Assembly (NCBI GenBank): GCA_002189035.1
Contig: NEEC01000011.1
Span: 2,666,001-2,730,000 of the forward strand
DNA length: 64,000 bases
Source of the DNA: Utricularia gibba
Lineage: Eukaryota > Plantae > Magnoliophyta
Reading direction: 5' to 3'
Under the pieces are notes generated by a model. That model saw only the letters and a program-made list of their open reading frames with translations. It was not told the DNA's origin and did no database searches. Both the position numbers and the translations under genes were made by a program. Numbering within the stretch: position 1 is the first letter of the stretch; each line of letters begins with the position of its first letter. Shown one piece after another: positions 11,382-25,600 of this stretch.

Positions 11382-11755
11382 TCCAGAGCAAGAAACACTC
11401 AATACAGAGACCCATCTACGAACAACACGAAGAAAAAAACACCCACAAAGACAAGACAGAAAAGGTGGCCACGCAACAACCGTAAACGTAGAGTAACCGA
11501 TCATTCACCAAATACCTGAAAATGAATAAAAAATACTCTCGTTGACATCGATTTTTCTCAATTCCTAGGTTTTAGGTGGAGCGAATCACCACATCATCCC
11601 TTCTTCTTACAATCCAACAAATTATAATTTTATTTCGATAAATATATATAATTATCCATTTTCAAAAATTATATTATTTCTACTTATTTCACAGAGGAAA
11701 TATATCACTAATTTATTCAATTTTTTTAAAAAATACACGAAGGAAAATTGGGCCG

Positions 11756-12071
11756 TCAACGGCGACCCAAGTGCACAACCCATGGCCCATACGAAGTCCA
11801 TTGGACCCATATATGCCCAAAATCGTATGCACATCCAGTCCAGTCCACGTGTTGCCCTTGACCAACCGCCGCGAGCGCATCCCAACGGTCGACTCCAACC
11901 AAAAACTAGGACTACTAAAGTAAAAGCAAAAGAATAAAATAAAATAAAATAAAATTGCACACGTGGGCCTTACCGTACATTACAAGTGTCTTTCTCCTCC
12001 GTTCCCCACCCAACGGTCATGTTCCACCAGACACGACAGGGATGGAGGGTGGGGCCTGCCCAAGCAAACGG
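11756..12071 (+). promoter_or_regulatory. Cluster of four AACGG (MSA / MYB3R-type) cores upstream of SCL28
   Basis: AACGG at 11758, 11884, 12012, 12067; CCCAACGGTCA (12009-12019) fits the MSA consensus YCYAACGGYYA. Confidence 0.6.
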
Positions 12072-12810
12072 TCCTCTTCTGCTCCATTATTTGCCGTCCG
12101 ATTCAAAATCCCACCCGTCCCCTTGGATCCCATTTGCTTGTATGTTATATACACAAGACAAGGTGTTCTCACCTTGGGCTTCACTCCATTCATCTTCGAT
12201 GGTGGTTTCTGGGTTTTTGGGTAGTGGGGTTTTTCGTTTTCTGGGTTAACTGCTCTTCGAAAAACTTGAAAATTGAAAAAATAAAAAAGAAACGGATGTT
12301 TCCATCATGATTGTGATTCATAAGTTTCTGGGGTTGGAGGGGTTATGGTTTTGTGTGCATGTTTAGATAGGATCGAAATGGGGTTGAAACTAGGGAAATG
12401 TGTGATTCTATGTTGCTTCTTTTCTTACTATTCTTGCTCCAAATTTGAGGAAACATGTGTCACCAGCTTGTTTGGATTTGGAAAGAAATTTCATTTTTTT
12501 TGGAAATGAGTTGGGTTTGATGCCTTTTTTTCTTGTTTTAATCTCTTAGGTAGTTATATTGTATTCATTCTTTAGTTTGTTTGTGGTGATAGCATTCTTT
12601 CCTGCACATAATTATTCCTTTGACATTTTTTTTTCTTAGAAGAACAAATATACTGTTGAAAGTGCTATTCTTTTGTTTGTTTCTATTGTGTACACCATTA
12701 CATTATACCATAGACTGCCATGGAAGTACAGAAGCTAGGGAGAGACTAACAGAAGATTTAAGGATTAGTGAAGTTGGAGGCTCTTGAAGAAGAAGAAGGT
12801 GTGGAAAAAA

Positions 12811-14664
12811 ATGTTGGTTGGCTGTTCATCTTCAGTTCTGTCACCAAGGCATAGATTGAGAAGTGAAGCAGCCGCACAGTTTCAGGGTTTTCATATACCT
12901 GTGATGGGTACAAAGAGATTGGATTTGCCATGTAGTTTCTCGAGGAAAGATGCTACCTCCGTAACTGAGTCTGGCAAGGCAGTTGGTATTTCTGTAGAGA
13001 AAAATGTTGATAAAAAGGCTAGCAGTATACCTCTTTTGCAGCAGCAGCCGCAGAATATCAAACTGCTCCCTGTTGTGAGTAGGAAGAAGAAGAAGAAGAA
13101 GCAAAAGAATGAAGATCAGTTTTGGGAGCAAATTAGAACCATAAGAAAGAGACAAGCTGCAGAAGTTTCTGATGAAGAGGAGATTTGTCCAAAGAGAGTG
13201 AATAGGCAGAGTTTAGGAGTTGATGGAGGGGTCAATTTTCCAGAACCATTTCCATATCTGCGTTTTTCATCATTGCCAAATGTCATTTGGAATGATCCTT
13301 TTGTGACCAGTTTTACTGATTTCGGAAGAGGAGAAGAGATTGTTGGGAAAATCAAGGAGGCAGCTTCAGTATCATCATCAAGCACAACTTCATCTGGTTG
13401 CAAAGATCTGATTTTTGAGGTGGACCATGAATTGGGTCATGTGTCATCAGGACAAGGAACCAAGGCTGCCTTCACTGCAGAAGAAGACAATGGAGGAAAC
13501 AGCTTCATTGAAGATGATTGCATTGAGCTTTTAAGCTTACTCGTGATGTGCACCGAGCAAATAGGCTCGAAAAACATTGCTACCATTAACCATTGCTTTG
13601 CTAGGCTTGGGGAGCTTGCATCCCCAAGGGGTGATTCCCCTGTCCACCGTGTTGCTGCTTATTACACAGAGGGGTTGGCACTGCGTGTGGCAAGGCAGTG
13701 GCCTGGTATCTTCGAGGTCACTGCTCGTAGAGAATTCGATCTGGTTGAGGATGATGGCAGCATTGCAGTGAGGTTGCTGAACCAGATAACCCCAGTTATG
13801 AAGTTCATCCATTTCACATCAAATGAGATTCTGCTGAGAGCCTTTGAGGACAAGGACCGGATTCATATAATCGATTTCCAGGTGAAGGAAGGACTGCAGT
13901 GGCCTAGTTTCTTCCAAAGTTTGGCTTCCAGGAGAGGACCTCCGAGCCACATTAGGATCACAGGCATTGGGGAATCGAAACAAGAGCTAGTGGAAACAGG
14001 GGTGCTACTTTCTGGATTTGCCGAGGCATTGAATCTGCCATTTGAGTTTCATCCTGTGGTGGTTGATCAGCTAGAAGATGTGAGGCTGTGGATGCTTCAC
14101 GTTAAGGAGAACGAGACGGTGGCAGTAAACTGCATTTTCCAACTACACGAGATAATCAATGACAGCAGCAAAGAGAGGAGAAGACTAGTGGATTTCTTAG
14201 ACTTGATCCGCAGCACGAATCCTGAAGCAGTTATTGTAGCAGAGCAAGAAGCAGAACACAACGAGATGAGTTTGGATTCAAGAGTTGTCAACTCACTGAA
14301 GTACTACTCAGCCATTTTTGACTCCATTGATTGCAGCCTTCCATTGGAGAGCAAAGCCAGGATCAAGATAGAGCAGATGTATGGTAGTGAGATCAGGAAT
14401 ATCATTGCCTGCGAAGGCCGAGATAGGCTCGAGAGACATGAAAAATTCGACAAATGGCGACTCTGGATGGAGCAAGCAGGATTCAGGAACATGGGAATCA
14501 GCGAAAGGGAACACTCACTGTCAAATATGATACTCAAGATGTATCCTCATCTGGAGAAGTACAAGGTGGAGAAGCATGAAACATTGGATTCAGCCACTGC
14601 TTTTCTTACTCTCAGCTGGAGAGACCAGCCCCTTTACTCCGTATCTGCGTGGAGCTGTGGATAA
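12811..14664 (+). CDS. SCL28: GRAS transcription factor, SCARECROW-LIKE 28 type, 617 aa, intronless
   Basis: N-terminus MLVGCSSSVLSPRHRLRSEA..KRLDLPCSFSRK is characteristic of SCL28; LRI, IHIIDF (VHIID), PFYRE-region and SAW motifs present. First in-frame ATG is 12811 (the ORF track starts at a TTG). Confidence 0.92.
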   Translation: MLVGCSSSVLSPRHRLRSEAAAQFQGFHIPVMGTKRLDLPCSFSRKDATSVTESGKAVGISVEKNVDKKASSIPLLQQQPQNIKLLPVVSRKKKKKKQKNEDQFWEQIRTIRKRQAAEVSDEEEICPKRVNRQSLGVDGGVNFPEPFPYLRFSSLPNVIWNDPFVTSFTDFGRGEEIVGKIKEAASVSSSSTTSSGCKDLIFEVDHELGHVSSGQGTKAAFTAEEDNGGNSFIEDDCIELLSLLVMCTEQIGSKNIATINHCFARLGELASPRGDSPVHRVAAYYTEGLALRVARQWPGIFEVTARREFDLVEDDGSIAVRLLNQITPVMKFIHFTSNEILLRAFEDKDRIHIIDFQVKEGLQWPSFFQSLASRRGPPSHIRITGIGESKQELVETGVLLSGFAEALNLPFEFHPVVVDQLEDVRLWMLHVKENETVAVNCIFQLHEIINDSSKERRRLVDFLDLIRSTNPEAVIVAEQEAEHNEMSLDSRVVNSLKYYSAIFDSIDCSLPLESKARIKIEQMYGSEIRNIIACEGRDRLERHEKFDKWRLWMEQAGFRNMGISEREHSLSNMILKMYPHLEKYKVEKHETLDSATAFLTLSWRDQPLYSVSAWSCG

Positions 14665-15356
14665 AACCATCATCAGCATCTAACTCACCACATTCATTTC
14701 ATTACAGGAAGGCGTTCCAGTTTTAGTACTTCAATACATTCATTGTTTGTAGGCAGCGCAGTGTGTCATTCTTTCATTCATTTTCATTCTTTTGATTTGT
14801 TTCCTGTGTGGGTGATGATGTTCTTTCCATTACATTGTATGATTTGTCAGGAACCAGACAACGCTTCCTTTTTCTGTGCTGTCTTTATATACAGTCTGCC
14901 ATTTGTGGTGTTCTTTTGGGATGATGACAAGTTACAGAACCATTGCCAATAGCTGCAGACATACATAACAAGGAAACGTCAAGCTGAGACCATTTCTGCT
15001 CCAAAGTACCGGTTTAGGCAATCGGCATCCTCACCAGCCCCGGTGAGATTCCGGCGAGCTCCTTCCCCCCTTTTGGAATAATAATATTCGTTTTGAATAT
15101 TTAAAATATTAATTCCTTTTATTTTTAAAACATCATCCTTCATATATATTAATATTCGTTTTAGATGTCTAATTCTTAATATTATTTTCGATCATTTGGA
15201 TGGGGGAGGTGATGGTACAAAAATAGAAAAATATAATAAAAAATTATATATCTAAAATAAATAATATTATATAAAAGTAATATTATAATTAGATAAATCA
15301 TGTCAAAATTTTGCTATTTTTTAATGGCATTTTAATTATCAGCCGACGGTGGGTGA

Positions 15357-16820
<1,464 letters not shown>

Positions 16821-17380
16821 TAAAAACTCCACAAATCATCAAAGTTTGAAATATATCGAATTGAAAGCAAATGATGTGCGAAATCACCATTTGCTATCGT
16901 ACACATAAATCTAAATGAGACATAATTCTATAATGCAATTTATTTATGATTTTGGGTAGAATATTTTTTATAATAAGTAAAATTAAATCATTTCATTATA
17001 ACGAAAAATAAAAATAATTATCAAAATGTGGTATTTTTTTTAAAGTTATTAAATTAAATTAAAAAGTATGAATTCTAATGAAATCTAATTAATTCACATT
17101 ATATGGTTATTCATGTAAATATCACTATATTGCTAAAGAATAAGAAAAAAAGAAAACATAATTCTAAAAATTGAAATAAAATTTTCATAATGCGCCAACG
17201 ATATATATAATATTCTAAAAATTATATTGCGGGTTATAATTAATTGGGGAAAAAAGTAAAGCAAAACCCCGCGAGAAGAAGCTAAAATCTTAGAACCCTA
17301 ACCCATTTCGCCATTGAAATTCCTGTACAGCTGGTGTGTCTTGGTAAGCAGTGGATTGCTGGTTCAGATCGCAGGTCGAA

Positions 17381-19838
17381 ATGGCTGAAGAAGAGTTGCG
17401 AGGAGTGGAACAACGGCTGGAGCGAGCCATCTCCAATCGCCTCCCGCATTTGAAGGACCAAGCGAAGTAAGTAATCTCGATGGTTCGATGATTGCCTGTG
17501 CCATTTTTGCGTTGAGGTAATACGTAGAGAATTACAATGGAGGAAAATATGGCAGTTCATTGACGATGGAGTCCGTAAGGAGGCTCTTGGAGAAGGATTT
17601 GGAGCTTCGGAAGTATGCGTTAGATGATTACAAGGGGCTAATTAAACAGTACGTGGAAAAGGTTAGCGTTTTAACGTATTTTTGTATGCTAATCTTTCGC
17701 CTCGGGCTAACTGTTGCGTTACATAGATAAGGGTGTTAGTTTTTTCTTGGTTTACTCTGCAAATTGAGCTTCTTTTACTGTCATATGGAAAACATGGGGT
17801 GGCCAATATGGTGCCATACAATCTTTATATGGCAAGGAAGGGGGAGTGATCATCAGCTCTTGTCCTGCTCCCGCTAGCTTCTAACTGCTATTTTAATCAC
17901 TCACATACCATTGGTTAAGCTTCTCTCACAAATTCTAGATGATGGATACAAATGGTAGCGATGAAAAGAATATGGCCGAATTGGGAGAAAGAAATGCCCA
18001 TTCAAGTAAGGAAGAATCATCTGGACGTTTGAAAAAGGCTGATGCCAAGAATGATCTTGGACAGTCTGTCCCTGCGGATGAGGGGACAACTGAAGACTCT
18101 CCCGTAATGGGTGTTGTAACCCCGAAATCTGAGGCAGGACTTGAAGAATCTTCCTTGAGTGAAAGCAGGATTGAGAGAGCTGTTTGGGAAAGAGTGGATT
18201 ACCTCCGTTCAAACTCTGAGTACGTCATCATGGTTTTTTCTACTGGATCATCTTATGTATACTTGATTTCAAGACACCCGTTGGGCATGATGCGGATGAA
18301 ACTTCGTTAATGTATTGTATACAGGAATATAACAATGGCTGGAGTTCGTCGACTTCTCGAGGAGGATCTTGGAATTCAAAAGTTCGCGCTGGATCCTTTC
18401 AAAAAGTTCATAAGTCAACAAATAGATAAGGTACAAGCTATATTCTCCTCAAAAGATTGGTTTTTTTTTTTTTGTTAAGCTTCTTTTTACGCAGGTTTTA
18501 GCTTCACCCGAAGGATCTAAGTCAGAAAAAGACTCGAAGAAGAAAGATACTGAAAATTTGAAAAGGAAGGAGCCGGAAAATATGAGCAAGAAAAAAAGTG
18601 CCGGTTCTTCTGATAAGAGTGGTGGTGGAATTCATCACAAGGGAAGGAAATTGGACAAGACTCCCAGAAGTACAACAAAGAATAATGAAAATCCGAAAAA
18701 GAGAAAAGCACGTGGAGAAGATGATCATGGTTCACCTCGTAAGAAGTCGAATAAGCATGCTAGGAGACTAGAAGAAGAAAGTGACAACTCTGATTCAGCG
18801 GGGTGTGTATCCGAAGATTCGCAGCCTCAGTCACCTGTGAGAAAATCCGCCCAGGTCATTCCTTCAATCTTCACTTCACCCTCATGCTGCATCAAGCAAA
18901 CGGTGTATGTGAATAATAAAAAATATAATGCCTTTTCAGAATAAAGAAAAAGCAGTTTCTGGGCATGGGAAAAGGGTTGAGAATCTGAAGTCAATTATCA
19001 GATCTTGCGGTATGAGGTCAGTGCTCCTAATCCCACCTAGATATCTTGCTCTCGTTTTGTTTCATGTTCTCGGCCTTGTGTTGACGACATTGTCTGTTTC
19101 TTCAATGGAAAGCGTGCCACCTTCAATCTATAAAAAGGCAAAGCAAGCTCCAAATGCAGAGCGGGAGGCCTTTTTAGTTAGGGAGTTGGAAGCAATTCTT
19201 TCAAGGGAGGGGCTCTCAAGCAATCCGACCGAGAAAGGTAATGCTGCTCATTCGTGAGTTTCACTCCATGCTTAGCAAACTGGCCCCCATTGTGTATTCT
19301 ATTGGAGCATTGATGAACCAAGCCTCTTGCTTTCAGAGATCAAGGACTGCAGGAAAAGAAAGGAGACTGCCAGGGAACTTGAAGGCATCGAGACTAGCAA
19401 CATTATAACTAGCTCAAGAAGAAGATCTACATTCAGTTTTGCAGTTCCGGCACCAGTTGAAGTTCAGCCTAAAAAAAGAAAGGCTGACTCATTAAACAGA
19501 GCTACCAGCGACTCCGATAGCAAAGATAATAATGATGCATCTGAAGAGAAGGATGGAGTAAAGAAGGCGAAGAAGAATGAGATACGGGAAGCAACAAAAG
19601 AAGAGGAGGTGAAAGAAGAAGTGGAAGAGGAAGAGGAAGAGGATGGAAACGAAGAAGAAGGAGAAGAACAAGAAGAGGAAGACGACGAAGAAGAGGAGGA
19701 AGAGGAAGCAGAAGAGAGTGATGAATTCGATGAAGGTAAAAATAACTGTTTTCTCTTAACATCGCGCACAACGCTGGGAGGGGATTGAGTATCTGATGCG
19801 CTGCACTTTCTCTGTTTCATGCAGATGAGAGTGATTGA
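17381..19838 (+). CDS. Acidic nuclear protein with CHZ histone-chaperone domain (HIRIP3-like)
   Basis: In-frame GT-AG exons; two repeats of (S/N)xTMxxVRRLLExDL; [26 protein letters not shown]; CHZ-like [24 protein letters not shown]; long Glu/Asp tail ending DESD*. Confidence 0.8.
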
Positions 19839-20711
19839 CAGTGTTCTCCGGTGACCAAGAACCTCTCTTTCGACATTGCGCAACCCTTAGATGTATGTAA
19901 CCTGCGGGAACGCCGAACTTTGTTAGCCGTCTCATCCCTCAGAGTAGTTTGTATATCCAAATGCATTCATCTTCCCTGCGCCATTGCGCACCTTTCCGTG
20001 GACACTTGCAAGTCGTTTCCGACGAACAAGGCTAGTGCTAATGCCAACCTCAATGGCGTAATCACAACGTCGCGGAATCATGCACCACTCACAAATTAGG
20101 CGACGAAGAGATCGGAAGTTAAGCAAGCACCAGGATTTCAATCGCTCACCGCGAAAAAAAAATGATAGCATGAGTATGAAGGTAGTTCGCCTCATAAGCC
20201 AGATCTAGAAGTGCCGAGAAGAAGATGATGGAGCTGAAGATGGTATGCGATCAGGGATGAACGAAGTACAAATCTGCGTTAGGGCGGCGCGCTGTAGCCC
20301 AATACCCAGAGAAGGAACAACTGCGGAAGCGCAGAGTACCACGGATGCGTCTAGTTCACCTCACGTGTGGGAAGGAATGCGAGGCGCTGAGATAAGGCGA
20401 ACCCTCCCTTTTTGCCATGGAGGTTTAGACAAGTCGCCGGAGGGAGTTTCGCGGACGCGCAACCGAAATTTCTGGAGAAAAAACATTGTTCGAGCATGAA
20501 AAGTCATCAAGCGCCGATCGCAAACGGTCCGTGGTGATTGTTTGCAGCGAAGCGGGAGGATGCCGGATGTTTCCCTCCTCCTCGGTTAGTCAATTAGTCA
20601 AACACTACTGGTTCTGGTTTCCGAATTGCTTGAAGCGGTTTGTTCGCGCAGTGCTTGCCCATATCTGCGGCATTCCCTGAATTCAATCTTTTGAGACTTG
20701 GATGCACTCTC

Positions 20712-23177
20712 ATGCTTTCAGCAAACTCCACCCCGTTGCTTCTCCAAACGAAGCGCCTTAAGAATCTTTTTCAATGCTATCCCTTGGTTCTTGATGGTAG
20801 AACTCAAGTAAGCAGGCTCTTTTCGATGGCATCGGGAACCTGCTTTTCGACTCTGGCGGCTGGGGCTGTTCTCCGAACCCCAAGCGATTCAGGCTCAAGA
20901 ACGTCGAGGAAAAAGGCTCGACGGGAGTCACCAGAAATGATACTTCGTGTGAAACTTGATCAGTGTTCTAAAAACGGTGATTTACATGATGCCTTGCGCC
21001 TTTACCATGAGGCTAAATTAAATGAAGTAAAGCTTGATGTGTATCATTACAATGTGTTGCTTTACCTTTGTTCTTCTAAAAGCGTTGGCAGCGAAGGCGA
21101 AGAAATGGATTTCGTTGCTTTAGAGAAGGGATTTAAGATTTTTAAGGAAATGATCATGGATAATGTGCAGCTGAATGAGGCCACATTTACTAATGCTTCT
21201 AGGTTGGCTGCTTTGAAAAAAGACCCGGAGTTGGCTTTTGACTTGGTTAAGAGGATGAAGGATCACAAAATTTCTCCCAGGTTGAGATCCTATGGACCAG
21301 CCCTATTTGGATTCTGTGATAACCTATTGGCGGATAAGGCCTATGAAGTGGATTCACACATGCGAGATAATGCAATATTGGCTGAGGAGCCTGAACTTTC
21401 GGCTTTGCTTAAAGTCAGTTCTCAGGTCATGAGGGAGAACAAGGTGTATGAAATGATGCATAGGTTGCGAGCCAGTGTAAGGCAAGTCACAGAAGAGACT
21501 GCTACTATAATAGAGGATTGGTTTATGTCAAAAAAAGCTTCTGTTGTTGGCTTGGAGAATTGGGATCCCTTAAACGTGAAGAAAGGAATTGTTGAGGGAG
21601 GGGGTGGGTGGCATGGCCAAGGGTGGTTGGGGAAAGGAGATTGGAGGGTTGTGAGAACGGTGGTGAATGAAGCTGGCGTGTGTCAGGCTTGTGGGAGAAG
21701 CTTGTATGTATTGATATTGAGCCAAGGGAGATGGAGAATTTTGCGAAGTCATTAGCTGAGCTAGCAGGAACAAGAGAAACTACGAGAGGCTTTGTCAAGT
21801 TTCAGGTCGGTGTTCTTGATTTCGGATGCTCTAACACCTTTACCTTGTGAGGGCTTTATTGATATATCCCCCTAAATTATGGCCTTTGAGTATCCTGTTG
21901 ACACATATGCATTTTGAGGGTATGAATCATGCAATTTGATTGATGCCTTGGGCTATCATGTGAGTGCTATTAGACATAGGGGAGAACATTATATGCTGCT
22001 GTGACACAAGTATTAAGATTCAGATAGACTCTTAACAGTATTTTGCGTGCTATGGAATTTTCTCATATTTGGTTTTTGTAAACGATACCCTTTTACAATA
22101 TCACATAAAGCTATGTCAATTATTTGCACTATCTGGTTGTCTGTCAAGATCTGTGAATCTACATTAGGATGCTTTTCCAGGAGTGGCTCAAGGACCATGG
22201 TCCATTTGATGCTGTAGTAGATGGTGCAAATGTTGGTCTTGCAAATCAACATGTTTTCAGTTTTTCACAGGTAGCCATGAACTTGTATCACCTTATCCGT
22301 TCTCAATGAATTTATGGGGTTTTTAGGAATTTTTTTTCTGTCATGTTTGCAGATAAGGAGAGTTGTGAGCCAACTGCATCAAATTGCCTCATCAAGGAGA
22401 TTGCCTCTCATTGTCCTGCATCAAGGCCGTGTTCGTGGTGGTGTCGCAGAGCACCCCCAAAACAAAAAGTTGTTGGAGACATGGAAAAAATCCGGGGCAC
22501 TGTATGTCACACCTGTTGGGTCTAATGATGACTGGTACTCTCTAGACCTTCACTTTTGCTTTCACATGGTTTCTAATCGTATCTGTGCCCCCAAAATCCA
22601 TCTTCAAATCAACACTTGTAAATCCATCCCTAGGTACTGGTTATACGCTGCGGTCAGCTCCAAATGCCTGGTGGTGACGAACGACGAGATGAGAGACCAC
22701 TTGTTCCAACTTTTGGGAAACTCATTTTTTCCTCGATGGAAAGAAAAACATCAGGTACTTCAAATTGCTGGTTGCTGCTAAATTTGTGATTCTGCATCAT
22801 ATTTCCTTGCTGATCATGAGCCTGCCAGATGCTTTTGTTGTTCATTCTCATTCAAGTTGGGCCAAAGCTTAGGCCTCCTGATAATTCTGTTTTTCACTAA
22901 AATCTGGGGATATGGCAGGTCCGGATGCAACCTTCTGCTAATGGTATGCTCCTAAAGATGCCACCTCCCTATTCAATTGTCATACAGGTGAGCTTTAGCT
23001 GCTCTGGTGTCTGCCCCATGCTCTGCCTTCGCAGAGTTTCTTTGCATTCATGTATCCTATCCGTACCCAGGAGTCCGAGCAAGGCAGCTGGCATATTCCG
23101 ACCATTACCGGAGACGACCTCGAATCCCCCGGCAATGGATATGTGCCTCCAGACTAAGGAATGCAACAGCACCCTGA
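20712..23177 (+). CDS. PRORP1: Proteinaceous RNase P 1 (organellar; PPR + zinc-binding + NYN metallonuclease), with two apparent 1-bp deletions
   Basis: Organellar presequence; PPR region (KLDQCSK, HYNVLLYLCS, NEATFT, PRLRSYGPALFGFC); GGGWHGQGWLGKGDW; CQAC; FDAVVDGAN, NDDWYWLYAA, TNDEMRDH; SWHIP. Frame breaks at 21693-21695 and 23126-23130; the end coordinate assumes both are corrected. Confidence 0.92.
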
Positions 23178-23525
23178 TGCTATTCTATTGTAAGGCTGCT
23201 CCTCTGCTTTCTACTTAGAATACTAACAAAAAGAGCGTACCTTTCTGAACACACCATTTCAGGAGTCTGGGGAAGATGTATGGCGCACCCCTCTAAGAAC
23301 AGGCCAGGGAATGCAACAGCATTGTCTTAATTGTAAGACTGCTGCCTCTCTTGTGTCGTAGGATGATACTCTCATTGAATTATATACAAACAGCTTCCCT
23401 ATTTCATTCACCTCCATGGCATCTGGCATTCCAAATGATATCAAAATAGACATGTTCGAGGATTCGGTTTACATGAAAATATGGCTATAGAATTGGGAGA
23501 CGGTATTCCCCAGAGTCGAGGCGTG

Positions 23526-24893
23526 TCAACGGGTTGATCTTACGGCTTCAATTGCAGCAACCAGTTCATCATATTTGGCTCCTGTCACTTCCTTAGCAAT
23601 GATGCCTCCTTTGAGTATCTTGAAGGTTGGAACAACTTTTATCCCAAGCTCCTTCGCCAATGGCTACCAGAAACAACAGGAATAATACAACCCATAATCA
23701 GAGTTTCACAGACAAAAAAGAAGTCACCTCACCACCAACCAATCACCATACATACCTTGTTTTCTTGGTTGCAGTCCAATTTCAAGAAGAGGACGTCGTC
23801 GTATCTGGTGGACAGGTCTTTAAATTTTGGAGCCATCACCTTACATGGTCCACACCTGCATCACAGTGTTGTTTTTGAGGCACAGAGACAAGAATATATA
23901 CATCCTTGTGTCCGAATTCATAATACAGAGTTTAGAACATGATCTATCAATCACATTGAAGTGCTTTTGGTTGCAGAATTTAGAATGTGACATGTTCAAA
24001 TCATTGATGCAGAAATTGATTAACTACACTAAACTGCATGCTTCTTCTAGATCCTACCACTACTTTTGCTTTGAAAAGATCAAACATCATGCGCACTGTA
24101 GATTCAGCATAACCAGAAAGCACCAAGAAAAGATAGAAACAGCCATCTTCCAACTTGAGACCCTATTGTTGCTAAGATCTCAAAAGAAGCCAACCACCAT
24201 TGCCTACTAAAAACCTCAATGACAAAACAGGGATAGGTTACATCAATCCATCTCACTGAATTCTGAGCTGTGACCTGGTAGTGTGTGTGTCAAAAAATCC
24301 TTAGCCTGGAGAGTGCTCTCCTCTCAGAAGGAAGAATCAAGCCTTGGGGCGGTGTGCCAAAAAGCACGTTAGTCAGGAAACAAGAAATCTGGAGAAGTAC
24401 TGCATTCTACTTTACCAACACCCAAACAACTACATTGAATAGATAACCATCAGCTAGTCTACCCCTGGTATACCATACCAAAATGTGATCTTTACCATAC
24501 TTACTCCTCACATTGCACATACTCACAAGACAAACTCCCTTAAATAAGCTGCACTCAGATCCAGCAACAGAAAATCTATCTCAAACGCCTCCACAGTAAA
24601 AACTGAAGCATATAAGCATACCACTGAGTGTACATATCGACGACAACGATCTTATCCGCGGCTGCCTTCACAATCGGCCAAAACGTATCCTTATTCACCT
24701 CCGTAACTGTCCCGACCTCCGGCGCCACCAAAGTGGCCGTAAACACAGGCTTCCTGCTCCGTCTTTTGAGACTAAGGAAACCGGCAGGCACGCCGGCAAA
24801 GGCGAGATGACCGGAGGAAACCGATGCCTGAAACTGCAATTGCAGCAGCGAATTGGTCCTTGGAGCCGCACATGTGGAGAGGTGCAGCGCCAT
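23526..24893 (-). CDS. TRXF: Thioredoxin f, chloroplastic
   Basis: Three exons: transit peptide + VTEVNKDTFWPIVKAAADKIVVVDMYTQW / CGPCKVMAPKF...LDCNQENK / PLAKELGIKVVPTFKILK...AVRSTR*. WCGPC active site is split by intron 1. Confidence 0.93.
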
Positions 24894-25093
24894 GACTGCG
24901 TGCAGTTCTTGGAATATTTTTGTAGATCGATGAGTGGAGGAGCGAGGCCGCTTGAAAAACCAGAACCATAGAAATGACGATAGTAGCCCCAGGATTTCCC
25001 CCTTGTCCAGTTTCGGAAAATAAATAATATTTTTGTGGCCGTCATTCCATGAGAATAATATTCTAATATTTTATCATTTTTTAAATCAGTAAT

Positions 25094-25116
25094 TACGTGG
25101 ACAACGCAGCCACGTG
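25094..25116. promoter_or_regulatory. G-box/ACGT elements upstream of Trx-f
   Basis: TACGTG at 25094-25099 and CACGTG at 25111-25116, about 200-220 nt upstream of the Trx-f ATG. Confidence 0.45.
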
Positions 25117-25332
25117 TAAATTCGTGAAATTTCTAACTAATATTAGTATAATATTAATATATTTAAATATAATGCAATTAATTATATATAAATGATTAAT
25201 TATATAATATTTGATATTTAAAAATAGAAATATAAATATATGAATGATATAAAAATAATTAATTATACTTACATATATATCACTAATATGTTTAAAAAAT
25301 AAATATATACATAATATAATCATACAAAATTA

Positions 25333-25350
25333 ATATATATATATATATAT
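25333..25350. repeat. (AT)9 microsatellite in AT-rich spacer
   Basis: Read directly. Confidence 0.9.
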
Positions 25351-25600
25351 AGTAGTTAATCAAACAATAATTTATCTATAAATATAAATCTTTTATACTA
25401 TAGTATTAAACATTCTCTTAATAAGTGATTAGTGAAGGGTAATGACGCTTGATTATCAAGAGAAATGCTGATTAACGAGCCAACCGTGGGGGCGGATGCC
25501 CCCATCATTTTACAGAAAATTCTGAGGGGAAAAATCTACACAGCGCAAGCCACGATGGAGTTTTTACTCTAAAATGAAAAAGCTCTGGGGTGAGAAATGC

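Noticed and set aside
19464-19883. Poly-Ser minus-strand ORFs
   Set aside because: Antisense of the GAA/GAG-rich acidic tail of the CHZ-domain gene.
25487-25504. GC-rich 7-bp hairpin TGGGGGC-GGAT-GCCCCCA resembling a Helitron 3' end or terminator
   Set aside because: No CTRR terminus at the expected distance and no matching 5' end; short stems arise by chance.
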